The notes: generated by a model from the sequence alone, not told the origin. A stretch of 63,467 bases of DNA, filler included, from Pelomyxa schiedti (GCA_020536535.1; 6 parts of 6 records of this genome joined end to end with filler, not necessarily neighbours in it); one strand, 5' to 3'. Shown: positions 47,097 through 60,806, counted from the first letter of the whole stretch. Translations and numbers: made by a program.

Positions 47097-50000
47097 ATGT
47101 CACTTCGTGACATATTTCAACCCGACGAACCGACTTCGGCAGTAGAATCTATGTCCAGCTTCAAGTACGTCCCGCTGAAACGACCAGCACAGCAAACCTG
47201 CTCGCCCACAATGTTCGGAATTCCCGCCAGCCCGGCTACATATAAACCCACGGTGACAGCAAGCACTGCTGCTTCGCCTGCCCCTTTGCCTGTTTTATTG
47301 ATTTTCTATCAAGTAACTGCAACAAAATAGTGTGTAACCCCTTTGCTGCCTCTTCTTTTTTTCACCTCACCTTGTTTTATTCAACTTCATTTTTAAGTGA
47401 GGGAAATTCCAACCAAAATGTTGGAGCCATGGGCTTGGCACTTGTGGCAAATACTCCAACTGCTGTTCAACTTAACTTGTATAAGGACCCCAAAGACCCA
47501 CTGGTCAAACTGGATGTCACAATGAATTTACAGTGGCAGGTAAATCCAAAAAAGTGACCTACTTGGAAATTATGTAATACACCAAAAGCCACAAGAAAAC
47601 GGTACTGCCACCTTCACTGATCACTCGACAACATGGTCAATAGCTTTTAAAAGTGCTGATGATGCAAGACAGTAGGGGCTTTTTTTTTGTATTTTTTTTA
47701 GTTTTCTTCAATTATTTCATTTAGGTTTTTCATCTATCTCTGCATTTCCAAGTTTTTAGTGGCAGGATCCCAGTTTCTTGTCTCTTCTGACTTTCTCCCC
47801 GGAAAAGGCAAGGTACTTATCCTTCCAAAATGGCAGTGAGCTCATCACACCAGGGCCTTAAAACAGGGGACTTACTTGGCATAAAATACACTGGGTGGAT
47901 ACTGAATCCCGACGGTAGACTTGGTGAACTTGTTGAGACAAACACAGACCAGGACACAGTCTATAAGGTGGACCTTGGCAGTGACACAGTATTCCACAAC
48001 AAAGAAACTTTGATCTCAGCTATCCTCAAAGAACCTCCCTGGGTGGAATGAAGGACTGATTGACGTAAAACGAGGAACGAAACGAGTTTTAGTGATGCCC
48101 TCCTCTCTTGCCCTCGGTACGTTAAGCTCCTTTGCATTGCACTCTTATGGTGGATAGGAAAGGCAGGAAAGGGCAAAATTCCTCCCAATGCCAACCTTGT
48201 TTATGAGGTACTGTCACTTTTCTATGTGAACTCATTTTCCCCTAGGTAGAAGTGTTACGAGTGAAACGAACTTCGCGAGAGATTGATCCCATTTTTACTC
48301 CCCTCTCCACAATGCCAGACGACATTGCCGTTGCACCTGTCACTTCCATGTATGTCTTTTAGTTTTACTCGGCAGTTCTGCAGTTCTGTTCCGTTTATGT
48401 TTTTCCTCTTCCTCTTCTTTTTTTTTTTTTCTCAAACAAGGTCCTCAACACCTGAGCCAGTCCCTGCCTGGCCGCCGTATATGTCTACTGTGGAGGCAGT
48501 GAAGGCTCTTGTTGAAGAGAAGGAATTCCGTTATGACGTGAAATCCAACATGCAAAACGTGATGGCCAAACTTGAAGATGTGCTCCTGTCCTTATCCACA
48601 GTTAACAAGAAAGTGGATGAAATTCGGAGTATAAGGATACTTCCTGTTTTCTACATTTAACATAAAACACATAGCTACTGCATCACCCACAACGAATGGC
48701 CACTGTTTCACCGGTACTAATGGTATTACTGATACCTTGATTTCTCACGTTCTAACACTGTATAAAAGAAAGAGAAGAATTGGAGATAACAAAGAAAAAA
48801 TTGCGCGAAACGGAGAGAAAATTGCTTGTTGTCACAGGCAAGAAATTGAAGGGCGATTTCTGCCGGTTCCGTGGTGGGGAATTGGCACTTGCCGACCTCA
48901 ATATGCTGGACCTCAGCTCAGCAATATTCCATGGAGGTGGACAAAGTGGGTGTGTAAACAGTGTAACTGTACTGCCACAAGTCACCAGTACTGCAATGAC
49001 ACTGACACCACAACCAGTGGAGCCGGGGAGAAGGGTGGCTCTCAAAATGATGCTCAATTATTCTGCTGGGATACAGTCCAAGCAGCAAAAGGCGTTCTTT
49101 GACAGGGAGGCTGAGGTTGGCCTCATATACCCGCACTGGTGCTTCTGCAACATCTTCAGCGTCTTCCGAGCTGATACAAAGTTGAGCCTCATTCAAGGCA
49201 AGCACAACTATGTTCTCGTGGATGACAACCTGCATTATGTTGATGCTTCACACTCCTATTACCCAGAGGAAGTGCCAGTTTTCAACCGAACCACTTATAT
49301 CACTATGGAGCTTGGAAAATACACCCTAGAGCGTGCAGTAGCACATACATTCAACAGGTGCGGAGCCCAACAAGCCTTGGATGTACAACCGCTGAGCCAT
49401 TCTCAACTCCTGCAGCTTTCCTTTTGCTTGTTGTGTGCCTGCGGGCACCTCAATTCCAAAGGCTGGTACCATTGTGACATCAAACTCGACAATGTACTTG
49501 CAATGGAACGGCCTGGTGTTGCTGGCCAGTTTTGGGCACTCTGCGACTTTGGGACTTCACTCTACTCCGCAAATGGGGAATTTGTGTTTCCCCCTGGTGA
49601 ATCCTTTTCAGGCAACGCAGCTAACCGGGCACCAGAGTGTCACACCCCACAGTGGATGCCTTCAGGCTCCAAGAAATACATTCTGGGAAGGAATGATGTC
49701 TGGGCCATTGGCTGCGTTCTATATGAGGCCATATGTGGACAACACCCATACTTAAGAGCCAACCAAATTGACCTCAACCTACTGCAGTCCAAGTCAGTGG
49801 GGTCCTTTACTGTTCCATCACCCAGCAGAGAGCCCAACTTGGGAGTATCTGCACTGGCATCATACCTCCTTGAAAGGGACTATACCAAAAGGCCTTCTGC
49901 AAAGCAGGCAATGCTCATTAGTGGTGCTCTAATGTTTCTCCCACCACAGGCACTCTCCCAGTTCGCAACAGACAACAACAAATCAGCCATTCACTCTCAT

Positions 50001-50246
50001 ATATGGAGCACACATGAAGCCAATGTGTCTGCAATGGAGGCCGGCACCACCAAACACACACCACCTACTGTCACCCAGCTGTCATCACTAATCTTCACAA
50101 ACAAAGCCCTGAAGGACTTGGAACTGTGCACATCCTCCTTGCGCAGTTTCCTCAAAGTTTACAGCAATTCAACTCCATGTCATACAACTAACCACAACCC
50201 ACAGAACACTGCACCCCGCACCTCATTGTTTGACGACCTTTTTTAA
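47097..50246 (+). CDS. FKBP15-like protein (PH/WH1-like + FKBP PPIase + coiled coil) fused to a C-terminal protein kinase
   Basis: QLNLYKDPKDPL, STTWSIAFKS; FKBP GDLLGIKYTGWIL..GWNEGLIDVKRGTKRVLVMP..IPPNANLVYE/VEVLRVK. In-phase splicing EIR/TTASP..CFT/EREELEITKKK leads into a 1.47-kb exon with VALKMM, HCDIKLDNVL, CDFG, NRAPE and DVWAIGC. Confidence 0.75.
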
Positions 50247-50457
50247 AACCCCTTTGGTTTGAACTTTCATAGCAGATTTCTTGTGCACACGAACACCTTT
50301 GTTTGGGGTACCCATCTTTTCCGACAGAAGTTCCTTCCCAAAAGAGCGGTATTGTCATCTGGATCTTTTTCCGATAAGTACTTACGAGCGCGGCTGTGCG
50401 TGCGTGCCCAAACACCAAAGGAAAGGGGAGCTGCTACCACACAAGAAAACCAGAAAG

Positions 50458-53058
50458 ATGTCGTCCGAGAGCCAAGGACTGATCGTCAACCACAACGGCA
50501 AGAACAAAGGTGGGCACAACCACAACCACAACAGCGCCTGCTGCGTGGCCGGGTGGACCACAACCGCCCTCCTCGCGGTCGTGCTTTCCGCGGTCGTGGT
50601 GGTTGTCGCGGTCGGGTGGGTCCAGAACCACGACGACGGCGGCGACGGCTCCACGTCGGGGTTCGTCGCGGACGACGGGTGCATATACACAAGCGAGACC
50701 GTTGTGGACATCGCGAAGAAGGCGATGGAGTTCTACGAGTGCGGGCTGTGGCACAACGACTTCTTTTCTAGTAACTACCTCTATGACATGCCTGGCGACT
50801 TGGGTTTCCTAAACGGGTGCTACTGGGACCTGGTGCAACTTCCCTCCTCTAATTTCCTTTGTTGGAGATTTTTGGTGTTATTTTGTTGGGTCTCTATTCT
50901 AATTTGATGTGTAGAATAGAGACCCAACACCTTGTAATTGCGTTATGTGTCACTTTATAAATTGAAAGAAGATTTTCTAACAAAAAAAAAAAAACCCACA
51001 AAAAGACTACCTTGCCGTTAGAGGATAACGCAGCTTATGCGTTGTTGTTGGATCTGAAACAAGACCTTTTGGATGCATTCAGTGACACTTCTATAAAGAC
51101 CACTGAGAAGCTGCGGTTGAGGTACATTGACAATGAGGTCACTCTCGTGCTAGAGCTGGTAGAAACGGGGCACTTCTTCAGTACTTTCGCTGATTTCTAT
51201 GATGACTCTTCGTGGTACGATGAGCCAGTTCTTGATGCTTACCGCACAGTGCAGTCTCTTCTTGAGTACACTGATTTGTACACTGTGCAAGACGGATACT
51301 CTGATATTGTAATGAAGTGGATGAGAGCCTGGAACACTGAACTACCACTGTGGAGAGCGGCAATGGTTCGGGCTGTGAGTGAAAAGAAGGTTCATGGAAC
51401 GGTCGTAATGGATGTTCAGTCTCAATATTATTTGGCAGCTTTGGAAGGGCTTGACTATGCTCCAATATGCCCAACACTGCAGGCTTCATACCAAGATGAA
51501 TGCAAATCACTAGCGCAGCAGCTTAACACTGCTACGGAAGACTTTCTATCATATTACACTGGCACATACCTTCAAGCATGTGCAGATATTAGGCCAGATG
51601 AAAAGTCAGGACTGTGGTCTGTACCTGAAGGTCCTGAGGTGTACCAAGCGTGGCTAAACTATCACCTTGGATATGTCGAGACTGCCAAGAATATCTACAA
51701 TATCGGACTGGAAAGAGTTGCTCAGAATAAAGATGATCTGCTGGCAACAATACAATTAATAGACCCAACTATCACTACATTTGAGGAAGCATCTCTCGCA
51801 CTAACAGACCCCAATGATTCCCGGTGGTTCATCTGCAACAATGACACCACCGAGGTTTTGAACTATGTTAGGCTATTGATGGGTGAGATTGAAGACCAGC
51901 TTATACCAGAGTTTGGATACTTTGCTGGAGTTCGCGTTCAGCCTCTTGTAACTGGATCTCCCCAAACTGTTTCAAGCGCTGGGGCATACGATCACCAAAG
52001 AAACTTCTGGATTGTTTCTCCATTGTATATCATAGGGCAATATCAATGGTGTAATCCAGACAACACATCCGTGCAGTATTATTATGATCGCCTACAAATG
52101 GCCACAGTGGGACATGAGGCAATGCCTGGTCATGGCAATCAATTGCAGGTTTTTGTTTACCTATTTTACTAATACAAGTGCTTATATTATCCAGATAGAA
52201 GCCGAAGTTGACTGCCCCATAGCAGGGCCTTATTCCATGGGTACAACTTCATACTATGAGGGATGGGCGCTGTATGTGGAAAGTGACCTGTATGTGATGG
52301 GAACTGATGACCGCGGACCCAAAGGGCTGTACTCTGACCCCACTGATGAACTTAGCTATTTCACTGGCAGCATGCTAAGAAATGCCCGGCTTGTTGTTGA
52401 CCCCGGGATGCATGGAGACATATCACCAGATGATAACTGGTCTTGGTCAGACTGTGTAACAGAGCTAATTAATGATGGATTCAGCCCAGCTTACTCTGAG
52501 AATGAATGTGAGAGATACGTCCAAATGCCTGGACAAGCAACTGCATATATGATTGGAGGTACCCATTATCTCTTTCCCTTTATTAAATGATATCGCATAT
52601 ATTTTCACAAATGAACAACACCCACTGTTTACACTAACTTTTTTTTCCCAGGCCTGTCCGTATCAGGACTCCGTAACAGCACCGAGCAGGCCCTGGGTCC
52701 TCAGTTTGATCCCGCGGAGTTCCACAATGCTCTCCTCAGGTGGGGAGCCATGAACTTCGACGAGCTGGAGCAGCTTGTTGACACCTACATTGCATACACA
52801 CTCAACCCAAATGACCCAGCCCTGGACTCCATGTTTGCAAGTGACCTCATACAGAACGAGATGTACTCCCGCACAAGGCCATGTGTTGGACTTGGCCGGT
52901 ACGGCGAGCAACACACTGACTACCCAAATGTTGATGTTGATGATGACAATGGCAGCAATGCCGGCGGCAAGGAATCATTAGTACCAAGTGTTGCTCAATT
53001 GCGGCACTCAGTACTGAGGCAGAGGGATTTGGCTATGCCATTTGGGAGGGCTATGTAG
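50458..53058 (+). CDS. DUF885-family protein (putative metallopeptidase) with N-terminal TM anchor
   Basis: TM ALLAVVLSAVVVVVAVGWV; GLWSVPEGPEVYQAWLNYH; HEAMPGHGNQLQ; EGWALYVE; RNARLVVDPGMH; ERYVQMPGQATAYMIG; FDPAEFHNALLRWG. Confidence 0.88.
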
Positions 53059-53183
53059 TTCCTTGTTGGGTGTGAATCGTTTTGTGTTTGAGCCATTTAA
53101 TTTTTGGGGAGAGGAAAATGAGAATTTGGCAAAAACGACATTGGTTTTTTTCTCCAGACATACAACATAGAATTTTATGTGTT

Positions 53184-55029
53184 TTAGGATTTTCCTAAGA
53201 GGTCTCTGTAAAGTGCAACCACTTTCCTTGGTGTAGCTGTGTTATCTGGGTTTGTTTGGAAAGCCCCAAATTTGGAAGTGAACCCATAGCACCTGTCAAT
53301 CCTTGAGTGGCACACCTAGTAATCCAGTTCAGTACTTACCACTCAAAGTTGTCCATCAGCGTCCACCAGTAGTATCCACGCACATCCACACCCTAAAGAG
53401 TGGTAATTGCATTGAATCTCCCTTTAAACTTACTTCTTTCATAGCACGTTTCATAGCCTCAACATAGCCTCGCAGGAAGAATACCTGGCAGTGTTCAGGT
53501 AACGCTGATGCCCCATGGCAGAGAGATTACCTGAACATCATCACAAAGGTGGGGTATGGTATTGGGAGTTTCCGCCGGCATTCCGTTCTCTGTAACATAG
53601 ATAGGAACGTTCAACTTTGTGCCTTCCTTCAAGGCACGGTAAAAGCTGTCTGGGTTTGTTGCCCACCCAAGTTGAGTTTGAATTTCACCAGGATTGCAAG
53701 TTGGCAACTGCGAAAAAGCTGACATTAACACCTTTTTTGTTTGTTAGATGAATTTTTGATCTTGAAGACTTACTCTGGAGTAAAAGTTTAGGCCATAGAA
53801 ATCAATAGTTCCGGAATCTATGTGTAGTGAATTTGCAGGATATGTTGAAGGTAATAATTACTTTCTAAGAAATTGAATACGTGGTTGTGGAAAAGGTCTG
53901 TCATTTTCGAACAAATAAAAGAGGCAGGAGTGTGAGCCATTGTAGATTCAAATTTCAGTGCATTGTGAACAAGACCAATCTTGGCATTTGCTCCACCTGA
54001 GGGTAATTCACTGGGTAACAAAGGAACCGCGGAAGAGGAAAGGGGTACCCGGTGATTCTTTCAGGGTTTTGAAAGCTAGAGCATGAGCAGCAAGCAAATG
54101 GTCAAGTACTTTGTACGCAAGGCCGAATTGCATTATCCTGGCTGGAGGGTGCATTCCTATTACTCAATTAATTTCCTTGCCTAAATTTGCCAGGTACCAA
54201 AAACATATCCCAATGCGGCAACGACTCCTGGTTCATTGATTGTGCACCATAAGTTAACCTGTTTTCAGGTTTTGTTGGTCTCTTTCTCTAGGTGTGTCTG
54301 TGTGTCTACTCCGAAGTGGGGAAGTACTTTAGAGTGGTACTCCTGGAAGACTCGCACTGCAAATTCTACAAACTTGTTGATGTTTCGAGGAAGTTCAAAG
54401 CCTCCTTTTGCAGAAAACCACGTTGGAATTGTAAAATGCAGTAGTGTGACCATGGGCACGATGTTGGCTTCATTCAGCGCGTCAATTACCTCTGTATTCG
54501 ATGTAACCATCGGGCATTAAAACATTTGATACCATGGTAGTGTGCAATGGCAGACTCGTCGATTGTTCCTTCTACTGGTTCAACTTCGCTCCACTCAATG
54601 GAAAAGCGGAGGGAATTAGCACCAGCAGTTTTGAGAAGGGCAATATCTCGTCTGTTTAGCCGAAGATATTCAGCGAACTTAGATTTGAAAAGGAGTACTT
54701 GTAGTTATGCCAAAAGTCACACGATTTGCCAGAATTTGGACCAGTGATGGTGCTTGAGCCCGTTAATGTCTTTTGGTACTCAAAGCCGATTACTTTGGAG
54801 CAGTCATTGGCAGGCGAATGGAAAAGGTGTGTCAAATACCCGGAGCACCCCAGTTGTTGTGTGGGCAATTGACTGACCCAGAATTTTGGTACTCGCATAA
54901 GGCAAATCCAGACAAAAACGTGGCACTCCTCAGGCGCTCCTCCACAGATCCAGTACTCATTGTTTGGCTCGTAGTTGTTGTCGCAGATGTCGTAGTCGTT
55001 GCCGGCTCCATACTCGGTGACGCGGCCAT
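53184..55029 (-). CDS. Glycoside hydrolase family 1 (beta-glucosidase), multi-exon
   Basis: FLSGFALCEYQNSG..NW; CDFWHNY; ANSFRFSIEWSEVEP; PMVTLLHFTIPTWF; WCTINEP (acid/base E); IYVTENG (nucleophile E); VRGYYWWTLMDNFEW; ends RDLLGKS*. Confidence 0.93.
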
Positions 55030-55382
55030 GTGCGTCTTCAAGATCCAATTTGAAAGTAAGTTGAAGGTGTGAACCTACGAAAACTTCAAGCATTCTTCTC
55101 GGGGTCATCAGAGCCGGGGAATGGTGCCAATCACTCGTTCAGAGATGTCAAATTGTGTCACATTTCGTCAACTATTGGACGTTTCAGTCAAAAAACGGCA
55201 TAATGAATGAAAAATAAAAACAACCAACAAAAAACAAGTTTATCCACTGGGCGCACCCAGTGCATTTCGTTTGATTTTGATGATAGTTCTCGTTTTTTGT
55301 TTGTGTGGCGGGTTTTTGACTGAAACGTCCAATAAACGAAAATCACAACGCGTTGTAAAAAGCAAGATCCACTCCACGTGGG

Positions 55383-57179
55383 ATGGCGGACCAGGGCCCA
55401 CCGGCTGCATCTGTTTTCTCGCAGACCTTCGCTAGAACTGCATCAAGGGTACTGTCGGCCACCGTTTCTGTCGCATCTACGGCTGCTACTGCTGCTGTAA
55501 GTGTTGCATCTTCAGCGGCATCTGCTGCAGCAAACACTATCGCTAGTAATGCAAGTAGTTTGACGTCTTCGAGTTCGACCACTGAGCCGAGCTGCGCCGC
55601 GGTCGCGTGCGCTGCCTGCAGTGAAGTTTTTGCACCTTCGGACCAGAAGGTAGCTTCCCGAGAGCACTTCGATGCTCTCAAACTTCGTTCTTCATTCTCA
55701 TTGATGTGCATGTGAAGAGGATGTGTGCCAGCTGCTCTGAGTGGTTTCATGCGAAGTGCTGTTCTCATGAAGTTCACTCGTCCAAGACTCCAACATTTGT
55801 ATTTATCACAACCACTTACACTTGCACACTATGCTTTTATAAGCTCCTTGGTATGCACATTCCCTCAAGCCACTTGTTGACCAATGCTAGGGGAGTACTC
55901 TGAAGCTGACCCGTTCGCACTACCTAGTGAAGGTATTTTTTCCAGTATTCCATCTTTCTTCGTGTCTGTGGCGTGATAGTCAGTGCCAACCACATCTCCT
56001 TTTTTTTTTTTTTTATTAATATTTGTTACTAATCCTGCAGTCCAAAATGAGAGTGAGCCACAGGTCCCCCGTATGAGTATTTTTGATTATTTTTAACCTC
56101 ACCCCCATCTTAAGCCCCTGTACCAGAACGACCTTCAAAGCCTGAAACTCGCCGTATACCTCGTGTGTAGTTCCTGTATTTTCCTTCAAACTGAAACCCA
56201 ACAAAAGCACCTCCACCGGAAAATCCGCCTCCTATTCCACCCAAAACCCAACAAGCATCTCCACTGGAAAATCCACCTCCTATTCCGCCTAGACTGAACA
56301 GGCCACAATTATCAGAGTCACAAAAACCGAAAAACTTAAATATATGTGAGTACAATGCACAGTCTCTTGTAATTCCCTAAATATTCCCCAGCTGGAAGTA
56401 TAGCCAAAGAGGCTTCTCAAGCTGCTGTTGCCATGATAGATAATACCCGTGTACAACCACCTCAACCTCAACCAGAAAAATCTACACTATCACTCTCTAC
56501 TCTAGCAAGTGAGCTTACAGAAGCAGCAGAGGAGTGGAAAAATTTTTTCAGCCCCGTGCAGTTTGGCTTGTGTTCCCCTCTCCCCTCTCCCGCACTACAC
56601 TCACTAAGGGAAAAAACTTAAATCTAATATCCTGCTAATTAATATAGAGGGAATGCCATGCAAAGCCTGTGGAAACCCGCTAGGTTCAACTGACACTATC
56701 AATTTCGAAAATTGGTATTTCACTTTTTTTCCCCAGTCTGAAATCACTTTTACAAGTTTTTATCATCGATTATGTTTATGTTGTTCCGTTTGCAATACTC
56801 TTCTTCCTCTGGAGAGGTGCCTTTCCCCTTTATCAATCCACAGGAACAATAACAAGAATTAGAGTAATTGAAAGTGACTCTAAGTTTTTCTGTTTGGAGC
56901 ACTATACCCAAATGAGAAGAAGCAAAATGCAACAGCAACCAGCTTCTCCAGAAGAAGCATTACCCACGTATGAATACTCTTTCAAGCCCATATAGTGATC
57001 TCCTTATTAGCTCTGCTGACCCTGATGCTGAGGGGTACGATGAAGATGCCGATCATAAACAACGAGCCGCAAGAATAAAGGAATTTATGGCCATCCCGTG
57101 GAAACCACTCAAGTGGTATTCCCGAGACGGCACGGGTATACCCCAACTCTCGGGTTTTTACAACCAAAACTCAACTTAA
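55383..57179 (+). CDS. Zinc-finger (PHD/FYVE-like) + proline-rich + LIM-domain protein
   Basis: CAAC..CASCSEWFHAKC..CTLC; tandem PENPPPIPP repeats (about 56205-56295); LIM CKAC..YHRLCLCCSVC. Exon joins are partly unresolved. Confidence 0.55.
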
Positions 57180-57660
57180 TATAGGAAACAAATGGAACAT
57201 AGTGTGGACAAAGAAGTTCTGGAAAGAAGAGCCACCCGAAACAGCTGCGGACACGCCAAATAAATCAACGAGTTGAGAAGAGACCATTTCCGGGGGGAAG
57301 TTGCCTCCCCGGCGCCCTTGTTCAGCTACACTCCTACGCTTTAGTTCAAGTACACCAGACTGGTGTGCTGGACCAAGTTGATGTTGATGTTTTCCCAAAC
57401 AGTACATGATCAAGGAGGTTGTTCGGGCGTGCAATTTGGCGTTGGGTTTTTCCTACTTTTGAAAAACCAACATCAAACATCCAAAAAAAAAAGAGGGAAA
57501 GGCAACACAAGTATACCGCGGGGTAGGTGTCACAACCGCGGAACACCAACATCCAAACAAATTCCCCGGCCGACCCAGCACCAACAACACCAAGCACTAG
57601 TTGCTTCCGATAGCAACAGCAGCAGCACCCTCGGCACAGCGACTACGACTACCGACGGGC

Positions 57661-57962
57661 ATGGAGGTACTTGGCAGCGCGGCAAGAAGCGGCACCGGAG
57701 GCGAGGCAGACTTCCCTGCGTTGGCGTGCGCGCCAGCGCCACCGCCGCCGCAGGGGACGGCGTCGTGCCCCTGCCCGTCGCCCCCCGCGGCGACCCCCGA
57801 CTCGTGCGGCAGCGACGCATGTGGAGGAGGTGGAAGCGGAGGAGGAGGCGGAAGCGGAAGCGGGGGAGTGCGGGCGTGCGTCGAAACTGACCCAGAGTTT
57901 GCTATTTCGGCGAAGATGATTGACAACAACACCTACGTGGTCCATGTCAGGGCTTCGGTGCG

Positions 57963-57993
<31 letters not shown>

Positions 57994-60724
57994 CTCTTCC
58001 TTTCTTATCTTATCTTTTCTTTTCTTTCCCCCCCCTCTTTCTCTGAGTCAAATTTGTAGGATACAATTGCTGATGTCAAGAGAAAGTTGGCAGGCATAAC
58101 CAATGTTGGTTTCGCCTCACAAAGATTAATTTTCCAAGGAAAAGTCCTGAAAGATGATAACACTGTTGCATTTTACAGTATAGATACATCTTCTCCATTT
58201 TTCATAAATAGCACATAGATATCCGTGAGGGCCATGCACTTCACTTGGTACAAAAATGGGGACAGCCTACAGCACCACTAGCAGTGCCCCCACAGCTACT
58301 TGTAGGCCAGATTACCGTCCCGGCATCATCTGCTGATGTATTTCAGGTTGACAGGAATTTCGTTAGCAACTTTGGTCTCGTTGAGCAACAACTTGGGCCC
58401 CAGCAGGCTACTTCAACGTCTCATGCTGTCATCCAACCTGGAGGTGCAATGAGCTTGTCTATTGGAAGGCCTGATGCCCCATCAGCTCCAACAGGCAATG
58501 CAAGCCCAACACAAATTGCATCGGCAGTACCACCCCCTGAGGTACCAAGTAGAGAAGCAAACAGAAGTACCACTAGCGCTACCCCTTCGACTGCTGAAAC
58601 TAGCAGTGACACTGCAAGTGGTAGTGGAAGCACAACGGGGAGCAATAGGGCAACCCTAGGCACAGGATCCTCAACAATAAGAGGACGGCAGGTTGGAAAT
58701 TTGCGCAAGCGGGGCAATGTACTGAGTTTCTTAGGTCTCTTTGGAGCATATTAAAAACCTTGTAGACTCAGTCCAGCAGCTTACTCAATATGCTGCATCC
58801 ACTCAACCGCAGTTTGATATGAACTCTCTTCATAATGGTCTGAGACAACCAACTTCCATTGTTGAGAGCATAGGTTTTCCTTACTAAGGTTCCACTACAT
58901 TTCACGAACAATACAGGAAACTTTTCTCAAGAAATTGGCCTCATAGCCCAAATTTTGGCGCCAATGCTGCAGACTATTGGCTTAGCCATGAGACAAGAAT
59001 CCGCTCTACAGATTCCCGATCAAAGGTGGAAAGAAGTGTGTTTCTTTTGTCGTACTGAATGCGTTTCAGAAACCGTGTCACTCAACAAGCTCGTGCACTT
59101 GGAAATATATCTCAACAACTTGGAGTCCTGCTCACAGTCGTAGCACCATACCTTAATCTTTTAGATATGGGGGCTGCACCCGGTCTAGCTCAGCCTGTCG
59201 AACCTCTTACATCAGCCAGATTGAGACATGTAATCACACCAGATGGGAACATGTTCACATACCAGATCTCTAATTCTCCAGCACCTAACCCTCAGGTGGG
59301 AGGGCAACATAAACCTTCATTCCTTTCGCCATGTTCTAACCTTTCCTCAGGCACCCCGAGCTCAGCCTTCTATTCAGGTGAACCCAGTTCCCAGGTTTCC
59401 CCCACTGCGTGGTATGATACCACAGCTGCCCCTTCCTCCACAACAACTGTTCCACCTCCAAGGGCCATTTGGTTCCCTCAGCCAACCATCAGGGTTGGTA
59501 ACATATGACAACAACCCATTGGTCAGAGCTCTGACAAATAATTTGCAAGTGTCTGCAAACATGGGCAATCTGAATATGGGATCTTTACCACCACAACTTT
59601 TGCAATGTCCATCCCTCCCTAGACCAACCACACAGCAGCTACTTCCTTCAAGTCAAGCTCCAAGTCAGTCCCCAAGTCCTGCCTCACTTCCGGCTCCATC
59701 TTGTAAGGACGCACCCCCAGACCCTGCTTTGGAGCAAATTGCCCAGCAGGTTGACAGTACATTTGTCTCAAATCAATCTCATCTTAATTAGGCGGAGAAG
59801 AATCCCGTGTTTTCCTCGGTAATTGCATTTCCCCTTTAACATCTTTTTATAACGTAATCAATCAACACACCAAAGATTATGTCCAACTTTTCCATGACAC
59901 TTGGAAATTCACTAATCACGGCGGATAAGTTCGCAGGATGTGTTGAGAACATCCTACAGATTCGTTGCCCTGAAGGTTAGTGACAAAGGGAAAAACCTGG
60001 AAACTCACACAGGAATCTAGGTTCTGCAAATAGTGGTCCCAGTAGCCTCATTCAGGAAGTGCTGAACATATTTATGAATAACCTAACCACAAGTGATCTG
60101 ACTTCCATCATGTGGGGAGATTGGAATCCCACTCAAAGTCTTCACGTGTTTCTTCGTACATGGCTGAAAAACCAAACTGGCACGCCAACTCCAGAAAAAA
60201 TCCAGATCTTAGAAACAAAGCTGGCAGAGGAAATTTCACAGTTTGTTACTGGTGATCTAATGTCAGAGGCGAGTACATAAACCATCCTATAATATGGGAT
60301 CAGAACTCACCTTCACAGCAGACAGCAAGTGAATTGCCAAATTCTGCGGTAATATTGCAGACTACTATTGTTCCACTGACTAGTGCCTTTTTGCGTATAA
60401 TAAGCTGTACACCTTTCCCGTCACAAGCTAATAAAGTACCCTTTGCACTGGCTTTGAAGGTTTTCCCTGAATGTGTCTGCATTTTCCTTTCAACCTTACA
60501 ATTTGGGTAAAAGGAGTTCTGCAACCAGGCAATTACGTTGTTTACGGGCTCATTTTCAAGCAAGCTCTCTGCAAAAACTGTTGTTCAAGCAGTTGTCTCC
60601 AAGGCAAACAGCCCTTTCTCAGCTTTTCCATTTGTTTACAAATGGTGCACAGATTGTGGGTATACTGGGACCTGACGTAGCGCAAATCGTATCTGCCACA
60701 ATACCAGGACTTATTTTTGCCTAA
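57661..60724 (+). CDS. Ubiquitin-like domain protein, BAG6/Scythe-like
   Basis: FAISAKMIDNNTYVVHVRAS/DTIADVKRKLA..QRLIFQGKVLKDDNTVAFY/..GHALHLV; long P/S/T-rich middle; DLTSIMWGDWNPTQSLHVFLR resembles the BAG6 conserved block. The 3' end is approximate. Confidence 0.6.
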
Positions 60725-60806
60725 CTTGTCCACACCACCTTGTTCATAATTTTCGGGCTAAAAATAACAAGTCAATCAACCTCCAGCATCTCCCACCTCC
60801 AAAAGA

